DNA from: Mytilus edulis
Lineage: Eukaryota
DNA: 64,000 nt
Direction: 5' to 3'
Assembly: GCF_963676685.1 (NCBI RefSeq)
Contig: NC_092346.1
Location: 88,908,001 to 88,972,000 of the forward strand
A program made the position numbers and the translations under genes. The notes beneath the pieces were generated by a model that saw only the letters and a program-made list of their open reading frames with translations, was not told the DNA's origin and did not search any database. This document shows, piece after piece, positions 52,002-64,000 of this stretch (within the stretch, counting starts at the first letter, position 1; the number at the start of each line of letters is the position of its first letter).

Positions 52002-52390
52002 TTGTAGACGAAACACACATCTGGCGTATAAAATTTCAATCTTGGTATCTATGATGAATTTAATTACATCCACTGGGTCGGTGACACTGCTGATGAAGGT
52101 TTCCTCCCCGAGTGCACCATCAAGATGAAATGAATGATATTTGATATAGTCACATTTATAAATTAACTGTTTACAAAACTTTGAATTTTTCGAAAAACGA
52201 TTTTCTACCCAAAGAATTAATTGAGCGGTACTTGGCAAAACCATGCGGAATTTTGGGTAATTAATTATCTTCAACTTCGTTCTTTATTTGGTAATTTCAA
52301 CTTTTTTGATTCGAGTGTCACTGATGAGTCCTTAGCGTCGAAATACGTGTTTGGCGTACAAAAATTGAACGTTGGTATCTATGATTGGTT
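52002..52390 (+). mobile_element. Degenerate retrozyme-like unit with a decayed hammerhead (52315-52357)
   Basis: Starts with a partial GTAGACGAAAC...TCTGGCGT, includes CCACTGGGTCG, and ends GTCACTGATGAGTC...CGAAAT...TGGCGT. Confidence 0.62.
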
Positions 52391-52455
52391 TATTATATAT
52401 GACTTCGAGAATCCTATACATGCAATGTCATAATTTTGCATTTTGCATTTTTCCA

Positions 52456-52630
52456 TTATCGTCGTCTTCGACGTCGGCGGCTGCGATAATGTCCTCCTCC
52501 AACATGAACCCTGGTATTACTTCTTTGTTGTCGAATGAATTTACCGACTTCTTTCTTACAGTTCGGGCAAGTGTGTACGACATCTTTGGCACCTTTCCAC
52601 AGAAATGGTAAGAAGCAACAAAGTATAAAA
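52456..52630 (-). CDS. LITAF-domain protein, last exon
   Basis: ttttttccag acceptor, phase 2; (G)FILCCFLPFLWKGAKDVVHTCPNCKKEVGKFIRQQRSNTRVHVGGGHYRSRRRRRRR*. Not in the ORF track. Confidence 0.92.
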
Positions 52631-53394
52631 CTGGAAAAAAAGATTGTTTTCGTTTAGAATGGCTTTATTATGACTATACATAACAAAAAGGTAAAATCAC
52701 AAAAATACTCCGAGTGAAATTCAAAACTGAAAAGTCCCTAATTAAATGCCAAAATCAAAAGTTCAAACACACCAAACGAATGGATAACAACTGTCATACT
52801 CCTGACTTGTTACAGGCATTTTCTCATATAGAAAATGGTGGATTATATCTGGTTTTAAAGCTAGCTAAACCTCTAACTTGTATCATATGACAGTCGCATA
52901 AAATTCCATTATATTGATAACGATGTGTGAACAAAACAAATAGACACAAAAGGTAAAAATGTCACAAATAGGGGTACAACAGCAACACGAACCCTATCAA
53001 AAACTGTAGGTGGTTTCAGATGCTCCGGAAGAGTAAGCAGATCCAGCTCAACATGTCATACTCGTCGTTATATTGTATTTTAACATCATGACGAGTGTCG
53101 TTGATTTTACTGTCGTAAATTGAATAAATGATAAATCTGCAACACTGTAGCCAAGCCAGTAAACACTTGTTGCGACTGTAAATCTAAAATCACATCGTAT
53201 TCCTATGCAACGTTATATGTGAATGTTCAAAACATATGGTCAGATATGAATTATACATATTTTTTATAACGAACTATTACTACGATATAGATTTTATCTT
53301 TTACTTTCGGTGAACAATTCTTAAATATTTATTGTACATCAAATAGATTATAAAAGGAATTCTTTAAAATAATATGTGATGCATAAAAGCTTAC

Positions 53395-53887
53395 CCCATA
53401 GAACCAATCATTATACACCACAACCACGTGCACGAGCCTACAACATATTCTATTTCTGTAGTAATATCTGTCTGACAGTGTGGACATTTAGTACTGACGG
53501 GATGTTCATTTTGTGCTGGACTGTTGGGATCTATGGGCATAGGCATCATCATTGGTACACCACCTTGAACAATGACTGGCTGTCCATATTGATTCTGAAC
53601 AATCATCTGTTGACCAAATGCTACCATACCAGGTTGAGTCATAATTGGTTGTCCGGGTTGATAAATAGCAGGCTGTCCAGCTTGATTTGCCATTGGTTGA
53701 CCAACTTGATTCGCCATTGGTTGTCCAGCTTGATAAACAATTGGTTGACCTACTGGATTCACCATTGGCTGTCCAGTTTGATAAATAATTGGTTGTCCAG
53801 CCTGATTAGTCATTGGCTGTCCGGGTTGATTTGATTGGTTATATTGATTTGGCTGGCCTTGATCTGTCTGTTGTTGTCCATCTTGAC
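53395..53887 (-). CDS. LITAF-domain protein, middle exon (Q/G/P repeats, first CxxC, hydrophobic segment)
   Basis: Open 493-nt exon between aag| and GG|gtaagc; PVSTKCPHC...VGSCTWLWC; the three exons total 693 nt = 230 aa. Confidence 0.9.
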
Positions 53888-53959
53888 CTTAATTAATATG
53901 ATAGCTAACATATTTAAAGTAAAGAACTAACACATAAAAACATATTTGTATGCATATTA

Positions 53960-55190
53960 TTTCACACACTCAAACACTCTGCCACATGCTGTCTTGGATT
54001 CATCCTTACAATGCTATAAGTACAAGCACTCACTTGGAACAAGGAATAAATGAACACTCATTTCATCCCATATACAAAGAAATATCATTTGACAAGGATG
54101 AGATTTTGGCGAATCATAAGTCCTTCGTGTATTCAATGAATATTACATTGAACAACAAATCGGAGGACTTTCCTTGTTTGTATTGTATATACCTAAGCTT
54201 CACAACATTCCGTAAAAAACAACAATACATTACCGGCTCATTTGCATGTTTCACTGAAGTATTGTCCATTAGATTGACTAAAATTCTGTTTGCAGTGAAA
54301 GAGGGTCTTTAGAAGTAATGTGAAACTGTTTACTTGCGAAGTGGGTGTGGATTCTTAAAAATTCTATAGAACTTTTGGATAATTTTAAATCTCGGAACTT
54401 CTGACATTAGTTAATTCAAAACTTTTGATTTTTCCACCCTGTATACCACCATTCCTCATGTGAAATTAAAAAATCGCATTAAAGAAAAAATCCACAATGC
54501 CTTTCGACATAAAAATGGTAGCATACTAGCATTACTTTGGGATACCATATGGCATATTTTGTTAATAGTGAACAAAAGGGTAAAAAAAATGCTACACAGA
54601 GGAACAAGTGAGCAGTATGCTGGAGTTTTTTTTTTTATCGGCAACCTATTTGTTGAATTTGGATGTAGACTTAAAGAAATAACAGACACAGCTTTTTCTG
54701 CCATACTTTTAGACTTATTCCTCGAATTTGACATACACAGACATCTCAGGACCAGAATTTATGACAAACGAGACGATTTTAATTTTGAAATTATTCATTT
54801 CCCCCACCTTAGCAGCAATATACCAACTTTACCTGCATATACGGGATAAACATTTCCCAACTTATTCGGTACTCAAGAGCTTGCAGTAAAACGTCACCAG
54901 TGTTTGAGCAGAAAGTTGATGAACCAGGGGTATGTTAAAAAGAACGTCGAGTACCAAGACCTTGTTGATAAATATTCCGTATCAACTTCACAAATAATAC
55001 ACGATGGTCTTGAAGTATAGATTCTGCGTACTAACTTCGTTTATAATCTTAGTAAAAAAGTTTAGTGTTCTTTTATTTGTCAGTAATACTGTTTGGTCTG
55101 TTTTTGATGATATTCATTTAACGTGGCTCTGTACTTTGGCATCCTGTCATTGTGTTGTTTGTATTAGCTTGTGTTTCTTTGATACATAAT
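53960..55190 (+). mobile_element. Decayed, internally deleted Penelope-like retroelement RT in LITAF intron 1
   Basis: PKLH, VKEGL, WILKNS, TFDFSTLYTTIPH (54421-54459) and IYDKRDDFNFEII.FPHLSSNIP in broken frames; the catalytic YxDD segment is missing. Confidence 0.8.
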
Positions 55191-57488
55191 GGCGTGGCCC
55201 TTTTTTTAAGAAGAAATATACAATAAGCATATAGACAAGCGACAAGAAGGACAAGGTAAAATTTTATTTACATTCTGCAGAGGATATACCTAAAAGAACT
55301 ATAGACTATATTGTATATCTCTACCTATGTACATTCTGACGTCAAACACGCGATTCTAAAATCTTTCAATCCTTTATGGGTGGATTTAACACCCATGAAT
55401 AAAATACAAAAAATAAAAAAGCAATGTATGAGGTTTTTTAAATTAAAATATGCCTTTTTAGTGCTTCTTTGTTACGTGTTTTTTTCAATTTTTATTTACA
55501 TTTTGTTTGTTTTTTTATTGATATTAAGATTATAACACAATGTTGACTGCTGTACCCCTAATAATGATAAAATTGAGAAGGAAATGGGGAATGTGTCAAA
55601 GCGACAACAACCCTACCATAGAGCAGACAACAACCGAAGGCCACCAATGGGTCTTCAATGTAACGAGAAACTCCCGCACCCGTAGGTGTCCTTAAGCTGG
55701 CCCCTTAAAATTATGTATACTAGTACAGTGATAATGGACGTCATACTAAACTCCGAATTATACACAAGAAACTAAATTAAAAATCATAGATTACCCATTA
55801 TGTCTGTTTGTTTTGTTCACGCATCGTTGTCAATATAATGTAATTTGATGCGACTGTCGTACAAGTGAGAGGTTTAGCGCTATAAAACCAGGTTCAATCC
55901 ACATAAGAAAACGCCTGTACTAAGTCAGGAATATGACAGTTGTTATCCATTCGTTTGATTTGTTGGAGCTTTTGATTTTGCTTTTTGATTAGGGACTTTC
56001 CGTTTTGAATTTTCCTCGGAGTTCAGTATTTTTGTGATTTTACTTTTCACTTGCAAATTTATGAAGCAAATTCATGAAGCTGTTCCGGATCATACGAGTA
56101 TTTGGACCGTACGCGTACCCTCCGGACCGTATGCGTATACTCTTACAGTCCAACCATACGAGTACTGTGGGACCATATGTGTATACTCATACAGTCTAGT
56201 ACAGAATGTTCCTTTTTTGTTTTTATCTGAATTGTTTAGGGTTTGTTAATGCCAAACATGGACATAATTTTTTATTTATTTCGGGACTGCTCTTTTTAAA
56301 ATTTATTGAAAGTTTATCACAATCTTAACCATACAGGCATAATGCTATTGTCCAAATCCTTTTTTTTTTTTATCAGAATCATTTTTTGGTTTCCAAAAAT
56401 CATGGACTTGAAAGGAATCAAAAGGGATCACTTTTTGAGCTTTGACGGAATTACTTCTGATTTTTTTTTACCACGTACACATTTCCGAAAAGTTATTAAG
56501 CCTACGCGCAGATAAATAATAATAATAATAATAAATAAAATTCTTTATTTAACGAATAAGTTCTTTATTTTCGTTTGCAGAGAAATCAATGTTTTTTGTT
56601 GAGAAGAGCTAACAGTGTACTTCTTTCTTATATTACTAGTGGTCAGCATTATAATATAAAAAATGGTGATGTAGACCGACTGCCAATGAAACATTTATTC
56701 AACATAATTCAATTAAGCAGATTTAAGCTACTATATGTCACCGTACGGACTTCAACTATGTCAGAGTCAAACCAAAGCAGAACAGGCAGCTATGAAAGTC
56801 TTTAAGACCCCGACATAAAAAGTGTAAACCAATTCGCATGATTCATGAAATGATAATAAAATGATATAAAAAATGATACACGTCTTCCTATTTATTTGTA
56901 TTGTAGTCCTGTAATATTATGTTGTCATTTCAATGTTAATGTTAACATTGCCATTAAAGTGTGAGGTTTGGCATGCCACAAAACCAGGTTCAACCCACCA
57001 TTTTTTTCCTTTAAAAATGTCCTGTACCAAGTCAGGAATATGGCCATTGTTATATTATAGTTCGTTTCTGTGTGTGTTACATTTTAACGTTGCGTCGTTT
57101 GTTTTCTCTTATTTTTGAGTGTAAATTCACATTGCGATAAGACGTGTCACGGTACTTGTCTATCCCATATTCATGTATTTGGTTTTGATGTTATATTTGT
57201 TATTCTCGTGGGATTTTGTCTGATGCTTGGTCCGTTTCTGTGTGTGTTACATTGTAGTGTTGTGTCGTTGTTCACCTCTTATGTTTGGTGCGTTTCCCTC
57301 AGTTCTAGTTTGTTACCCCGATTTTGTTTTTTGTCCATGGATTTATGAGTTTGAACAGCGGTATACTACTGTTGCCTTTATACTAATTATATAATATAAA
57401 AAATGTCCAGTATTTGACTGTCTACAAAAAATGCGCAATAAATTGCAATTACTACCTCTTGCAATGTACTCTTTATCATAAAACTTAC

Positions 57489-57513
57489 CAGCACCTTGTT
57501 GTAAAGTTGACAT
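57489..57513 (-). CDS. LITAF-domain protein, probable first coding exon
   Basis: ATG TCA ACT TTA CAA CAA GGT GCT G|gtaagt (MSTLQQGA-G); perfect donor; phase 1 matches the acceptor at 53887. Confidence 0.7.
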
Positions 57514-57587
57514 CACGGTACGTCAGTACTCCAATCTTTTATAGAGTAAAGTTTGCTTTGATAAAGTTTAACAAATTAAGATATGTC

Positions 57588-57618
<31 letters not shown>

Positions 57619-60600
57619 CACAATATGTTCATCAAACTGTCATGGCGACATAGAAACATGCTTTTGGATTGTTTCTTCGTGGTTAAATGACTTTTGTATA
57701 TCGAGAAATTAATTTTCCCATGGGTCGTGTTTAAAAGGAAATAACGATTTTTTGCTTTCATCCCATTCGTTAAATTTTAATTGATGCTGTCATTTCGTTC
57801 AGTTGTTGTGTATTATTCATGTGCCTTTATACTTCTGATAATCATTGTGAAGCTTGAAAGTATCATGTTATGTAGGTATTTTATTTCCTTTCAGTTTTAA
57901 ATGACACGACATCAGTGTTAAATTTCAGGTGAAAGATGCATGCTAAGATAAATGGATACTGCAATTGAGGTATATACCAATAGCATTTCAAAATAAAATT
58001 AATTCACTAAATGTTGAAACCAATAAACTATTATCATTAAATAATTAAACAACGTAAGCTGACACTTTTCCTCGATCAACGACGAATGTACGAACAATAA
58101 ACTATAATAATACAACTAAATAAATAACACTGTAAATCTCTCTGAGACAAACTTCTTAAAAACAGAGTTTGGTCATCTATCTTTCACTCTCTATAGAATG
58201 GACCTTGATTTAAAACAGGCTGGACCGGAGTTTTTAGTAAAAAAAAAAGGAGGTAGAATGAGGGACTTTGCAAATAAAAAGGCCGAAAAATAATTTATGT
58301 ATAAGTTGTAAGTCAGGATATGAAACTAATATAAAATAGGTAAGATCGAATACAGTGAAAAATAAAAAGACAGGACAGAGGTTACAACTTAAAAAAAAAA
58401 TGTGTCATCCTAGCCAACCCCGCCCCATAAAAATCAAGTAGTAGCTCCCTTATGTAGATCCTGATTGGTCGGGATTTCTGGGAATCAATTCTTAAATAAC
58501 TTAGACAGCTTTCCTTTCATCTTCACGCTTCTACAGTTTCTTAGTTTCTTTTTGTGGAACTTTCCATAAAACATCGCACGATTAAGATTAACATTAAATG
58601 ATAAGGAAATGATTAATTACTCAACGCGTATTCTTACTCTTTAGATTTTTATCTCCCATGGCCATATGGACCTTGTGAGCTATTAATGCCTCGAAGTGGC
58701 GTACGCTGTCGTCCTCGTTGCCATAAACATATTATAATATTATCCCTAGAATTCTTACTTAGTTGAGTTGATCTTAGGATATATACTATGAAGGAGCATA
58801 AAGGTTAAATGGAGCTGTACAAATAAAGTTATGACTTACCAATAATTTTAGATTTTAACAATTAAACTAAACACTGGGTAGATAAAATGTTGTCAGCATG
58901 GCCTAGGATAAAATGAAGTTGTACCGATGAAGTTTTAATTTAATTTGGATTCTAACCCAAAAAAAACCCACTAAAACCGGGTAGATAAAAAGCCGCCAGC
59001 ATGGCTTAAGACTTAATTTGTTTATTTAATATACACCACAAAAACACATACAAACACAATAACGTATAAACACAACTGACCTTTTTCTCTTACGTTGAAA
59101 TACATTGAATAAAACCAATACACAATCAACCGACTGAAATACAGGCATCTGTATTAAAGCTTAGTAGCGTGGACACAGGATCTGTTTATTTAATAGTTTA
59201 AACTAAATATAAATTGTCAACACTAAAATATATAATTAGACGCATTAAAATAGGTCCATCACATTATATAAATTATAAGTCCGGATATTTAGTCAGTGAA
59301 ATAGACATATACCAATCCGTCCGTCCGTCCACGGTTAAGGTTAACACATAGCTATATAGGAGGTCTAAATGTTCGACGCTAGAGTTTATCAACTTTATCG
59401 ACTTTTGAATTTCAATATAAAAACTATGGGTCACTGATGAAATTGCTTGTAGGGAAACGTTGGGTTTTTCTTCTTATTGAGGACAGTAAATGATAAATGG
59501 TTGACATTAAGTAAGAGAATTGCTTTTCATAAATACTTCCAAAATGTTTAATAAATATAGGGGTCACGGACCTCAATTTCTTCACAAATAAAATACAAAA
59601 AACACAAATATTACTCCCAAATTCTATTATATACTCTTGATTTTACAACATGCCTACAAAAACAGAAACTAGTAATTTTAATTAAAAAAAAAATTCGAAT
59701 GTTTTTATGTTCTTTAGATTGCTATGTCTTAATATAATGTCATTATTATGATATTATTGGGAAAGCAACATCTTGATTCTAAAATAAGCATTGAACTTTT
59801 TGTAAGAGGTCGTTGTAATATTTTAGAAAGTGATTTCTGAGTTATGCCGCATTGTACAACCACGTAATTTTATCGCAACTTTCGGAAATTGTACCATCGA
59901 CAAAATTCATCAGAATTTAAAATATTTATAAATTAAAAGCATTCCGTTTCTTTTAAAATTTATTTGGCTGCAAGGTTATAACTAAATATACATTAGAAAC
60001 CAGGGAACGTAAATTATACAGAACTTATGAGTCGATGCTATACATACCGAGTGATAATAAAACTGATGTTGAATTGGTGTCGCTAGGAAGTCTAATATAT
60101 CGTCTAGTGGTGTGTTTTTTACCACAGCGATATAATATAGATATGCATTGCCTTATTCTAACCTACCGATTACTGTCAATATATAAAAATAAGGAGTTGC
60201 AGTATGATTGCTACCAAAGTTGAAATGAAGTATGACTTTCTACCAAAGTTGAAATGAAGTAGATGTAAGCAATTACGAGTAAAAGGCCCGACATGAAAAG
60301 CGAGAAAACAAAACAATTTACGAAAAACAAATATAACAGACATGAACCAACTACAACTATTTTACTACAGGCAGAAACTAACATAATTCTGCGTGGTAAA
60401 TCATGTTTGTGAGCGCCATACTCCCTAACCTAGGGCAGTGGTGTAACAGTACAAAAAAAACTATAAGGATAAGTAGCCATTGGCTTTACTGGATCGACCA
60501 AGACGAGGCACAAAAACAGCTAACATAACACAATTTATAACTCAAATCACCTATCTAAGAGTACTCGCAGTTACTGGAAGCCTGTTCAAAGCCAGTCACT

Positions 60601-62484
60601 GCTAATAAATGAATTATGTTCTCCATGACGAAAGTATCAATCAGTTTACGTCCAACAGATTTATCGTAAAGACGTTTCAAATTGACAGAGAGATTTACTG
60701 ACATCAGATAACAGTAGTCCTTTTTATTGAAACATGATATATTTGTACTCCATTTAAATAACATATTCTTGATGGACTTCTTTTATTATCTAGCTTATGA
60801 GAGATAAAAACGATGCATCCCTTTTTTTTTGAAACACTTAAAATCCGGAGCCTAACATGACAGAAAAATTGCACTTTGATACAGTATGTTGTATTTTGTG
60901 TACCGGTCGGCTATCATTAATTTGAAGACAATCTTAGAGAAATAAAATAAAATCTCTATGAAAAACGCCACAACCAACTGAATTCAAATATTATATAAAA
61001 AAAATCAGTTAAAGCTATTTTCGTTCAAAGGTCCGTATTGAAATGGGTATTGTCAACTCGAGGTTATGTCAGCCCACTGTACAATTTTAAGCTCCCCATC
61101 AACGTATTATATTTCATAATGTATGAATGCGAACATCTAAAGAGAAGTTAATGAACTTCTGTGGAGATCATTAGCATTGAACTTAAAACTTTCTACTAAA
61201 ACTAAATTAATTGCCTACATCACTTCTGCACAAAACATTTGATATCTTCTCAATGGAATAGTAAAGCGTTTCTGTTGTTTTATGTTCCACAGTTCAATGA
61301 CAAAGTTTACTTTTGAATCTTTCATTAGTATACAATTTCTATTTAAAGGTGATACATCACTGTAAAAACAATAGAAAAAAACCGGCACACCAAGGACGCA
61401 AAATGTATAGATTGTAATACTAGTAGTATCATTTTTATTGTGACATTAAAATACCATGGCGGTTAAAAATTATTGCTCTCAATCATTCTAATGAATTTTT
61501 TTTAATATAATATTACGAAATATGTTGATATAATCGATATTGGGAAGTAAAACTTCAAACTTTTATTTTAAACTAAAACTGGTGGTAAACAGAACAAACA
61601 TTGACAAAACCACGGTAGGGATTATGTTTCCCCCCGAGTAATTCGGTCAACCGTTTTCGCGTGCAGACCGTTTTATTTTCCAGTGAATTGTAATACGATA
61701 AAATCGATTTAGTCTTATTTCAGTGCGAATATCATGTATTTCCGTAATATACCAGCATTTTATTGAGAAGAAACAGCATACTATTTCATTTCAATAGTTT
61801 TTAAAAGAAACAAAATGTTTTACGTTCCTGTAGTAGAAATGAACACTTTAAATTTCAAATGTGAATGTTTAAGAATGTTAATATTTATATTGTGTCTGAA
61901 AAGTCGCTCATAAATCCATACCTTGCAAATGTTACTGTTTTACATGAAGATATGTGTGTGAATCTTTCCTTTATGTTTATATTTGGTGAGACTATACAAA
62001 AATATTGAATATTGAATTAACGTATACTTGAACTCTATCTATCTTTAATAGTGATAATCCAAAAATGGTATTTTAATTAACTAGTCAAAAGAGGGGTAAA
62101 GGACAAATCATTCTTCTGGATAAAAGAGCAGCCGACTTTAACCCATCAAGTCTTTGTTAATGTGCCTAAAATATACAATTACCATTTTGTAACGTTTTAT
62201 AGTGCTTACCAAACGGATGTAAACACTATTTCCAATTAAGATGACGTGAAAGTATTGAATCGACTGCTATTTGTCTTCTGATACTATCAATGACGTCATT
62301 AGTTTGATATTCCCATGGACAATTGGTGTTTTTTTTATGACTATATAAGTATGCCTCTAATTATCTTAATAGAAATAGTCAGGGAAACTAGAAAATGTAC
62401 CCAAAAAAAATGTATTAATTGAATAGCAAAATTGGAGAGCGAATTATTTTTTTTCTTAGAAATTTATATCTTTCTCCATACGAT

Positions 62485-64000
62485 ATTCGCTTCAGTTTGT
62501 GCTGAATGCTTTACAACTAAAAACCCTTCAAAAATGCTTAACAACAAAACCACGCTTTAGTTTTTACTCAATGCTTTACAACAAAACACTCTTCAATTTG
62601 TACTCTATGCTTTACAACAAAAGCACGCATTTTTTTTTACTGAATGCTTTACAACAAAACCACGCCTCAGTTTGTACTAAATGCTTTACAACAAAACCTC
62701 GCTTCAGTTTTTACTCAATACTTTACAACAAAACCTCGCTTCAGTTTTTACTAAATGCTTTACAACAAAACCACGCTTCAGTTTTTACTGAATGCTTTAC
62801 AACAAAACCACACTTCAGTTTTTACTAAATGCTTTACAACAAAACCACGCCTCAGTTTGTACTAAATGCTTTACAACAAAACCTCGCTTCAGTTTTTACT
62901 CAATGCTTTACAACAAAACCTCGCTTCAGTTTTTACTAAATGCTTTACAACAAAACCACGCTTCAGTTTTTACTCAATGCTTTACAACAAAACCACATTT
63001 CAGTTTTTACTAAATGCTTTACAACAAAACCTCGCTTCAGTTTTTACTCAATGCTTTACAACAAAACCTCGCTTCAGTTTTTACTAAATGCTTTACAACA
63101 AAACCACACTTCAGTTTTTACTGAATGCTTTACAACAAAACCACACTTCAGTTTTTACTAAATGCTTTACAACAAAACCACGCTTCAGTTTTTACTCAAT
63201 GCTTTACAACGAAACCACGACTCAGTTTTTACTCAAAGCTTTGCAAAAAAAACAAGCTTCAATTTGTATTCAATTCTTTACAACAAAACCAGACTTCAGT
63301 TTTTACTGAATACTTTAAAACAAAACAACGATTCAGTTTTTACCCGAAGCTTTACAACAAAACGACGCTTCAGTTTTTACTCAATGCTTTTACAACAAAA
63401 CTACGCTTCAGTTTAAACTCAATGCTTTGCAACAAAACCAAGCTTCAATTTTTACTCAATGCTTTACAACAAAACACTCTTCAATTTGTACTCTATGCTT
63501 TTCAACAAAACCACGCTTCAGTTTTTATTCAATGCTTAAAACCAAGCTTCAGTTTGTATTCAATGCCTGTACAACACAACCACGCTTCAATTTGTACTCA
63601 ATGCTTTACAACAAAACCACGCTTCAGTTTTTACTCAATGCTTTACAACAAAAACAAGCTTCAATTTGTACTCAATGCTTTACAACAAATTACGCTTCGG
63701 TTTGTACTCAACCACTTTCAACAAAACCACGCTTCAGTGTGTACTTAATACTTTAAACCAAAACCAAGCTTCAGTTTCTACTCAATGCCTCTCGCCAAAA
63801 CCACACGTCAATTTCTACCCAATGCTTTATAACAAATCCACGCATCAGTTTTTACTCAATGCCTCACATCAAAACCATGTTTCAGTTTGTTCTTGATGCT
63901 TTACGCACAATTATCGTATCAGTACATGTACTCAATGCTTTACATAAAAAAAACCACGCATCAGCTTGTACCCAATGATTTACAACAAAAACACGCATCA
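62485..64000. repeat. 37-bp satellite/minisatellite running off the window end
   Basis: Tandem AATGCTTTACAACAAAACCACGCTTCAGTTTTTACT(C/A/G); homogeneous at ~62640-63200, degenerate on both sides. Confidence 0.97.

Noticed and set aside
53376-53834. 152-aa His/Trp/Leu-rich plus-strand ORF
   Set aside because: Antisense shadow of the LITAF repeat exon.
57536-57543. TATAAAAG as TATA box of the LITAF gene
   Set aside because: It would put the TSS on top of the ATG at 57513, and the motif is common in AT-rich DNA.
59428-59462. Fifth hammerhead (TCACTGATGA...GAAACG)
   Set aside because: Stem II, the cleavage triplet and stem I cannot be formed; at most a dead remnant.
62485-64000. CRISPR-like 37-bp repeats and many overlapping ORFs
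   Set aside because: Units are head-to-tail with no unique spacers and no cas genes; the ORFs arise from a 37-bp unit cycling through frames.

Overview
AT-rich, intron-rich animal genomic DNA; the repeat repertoire points to a bivalve, probably Mytilus (inference). It is not prokaryotic, and most ORFs in the track are spurious. Left ~37 kb: the 5' part of a large minus-strand FERM-domain gene (FARP1/2-like; coding exons 21957-21859, 7287-7183, 3865-3750; probable promoter near 37.2-37.4 kb). One of its introns holds an antisense two-exon gene for a 484-aa type II membrane GT47/exostosin-family glycosyltransferase with plant MUR3-like motifs. Its introns also carry a Helentron-type HINE, several MITEs, two minisatellites and a CR1/L2-group LINE. 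37.5-45.6 kb is a nested pile of LINEs and MITEs. About 45.7-49.6 kb on the minus strand is a decayed Polinton/adintovirus-like capsid module (double-jelly-roll major capsid, penton-like and core-like pseudogenes) that the ORF track misses. It is interrupted and flanked by ~355-bp retrozyme-like units carrying minimal type I hammerhead ribozymes. A complete three-exon LITAF-domain gene (230 aa, Q/G/P octapeptide repeats, poly-Arg tail) lies at 52456-57513 (-), with a Penelope-like relic in intron 1. A 37-bp satellite runs off the right end. All family assignments come from manual translation and remembered motifs; no database search was run.
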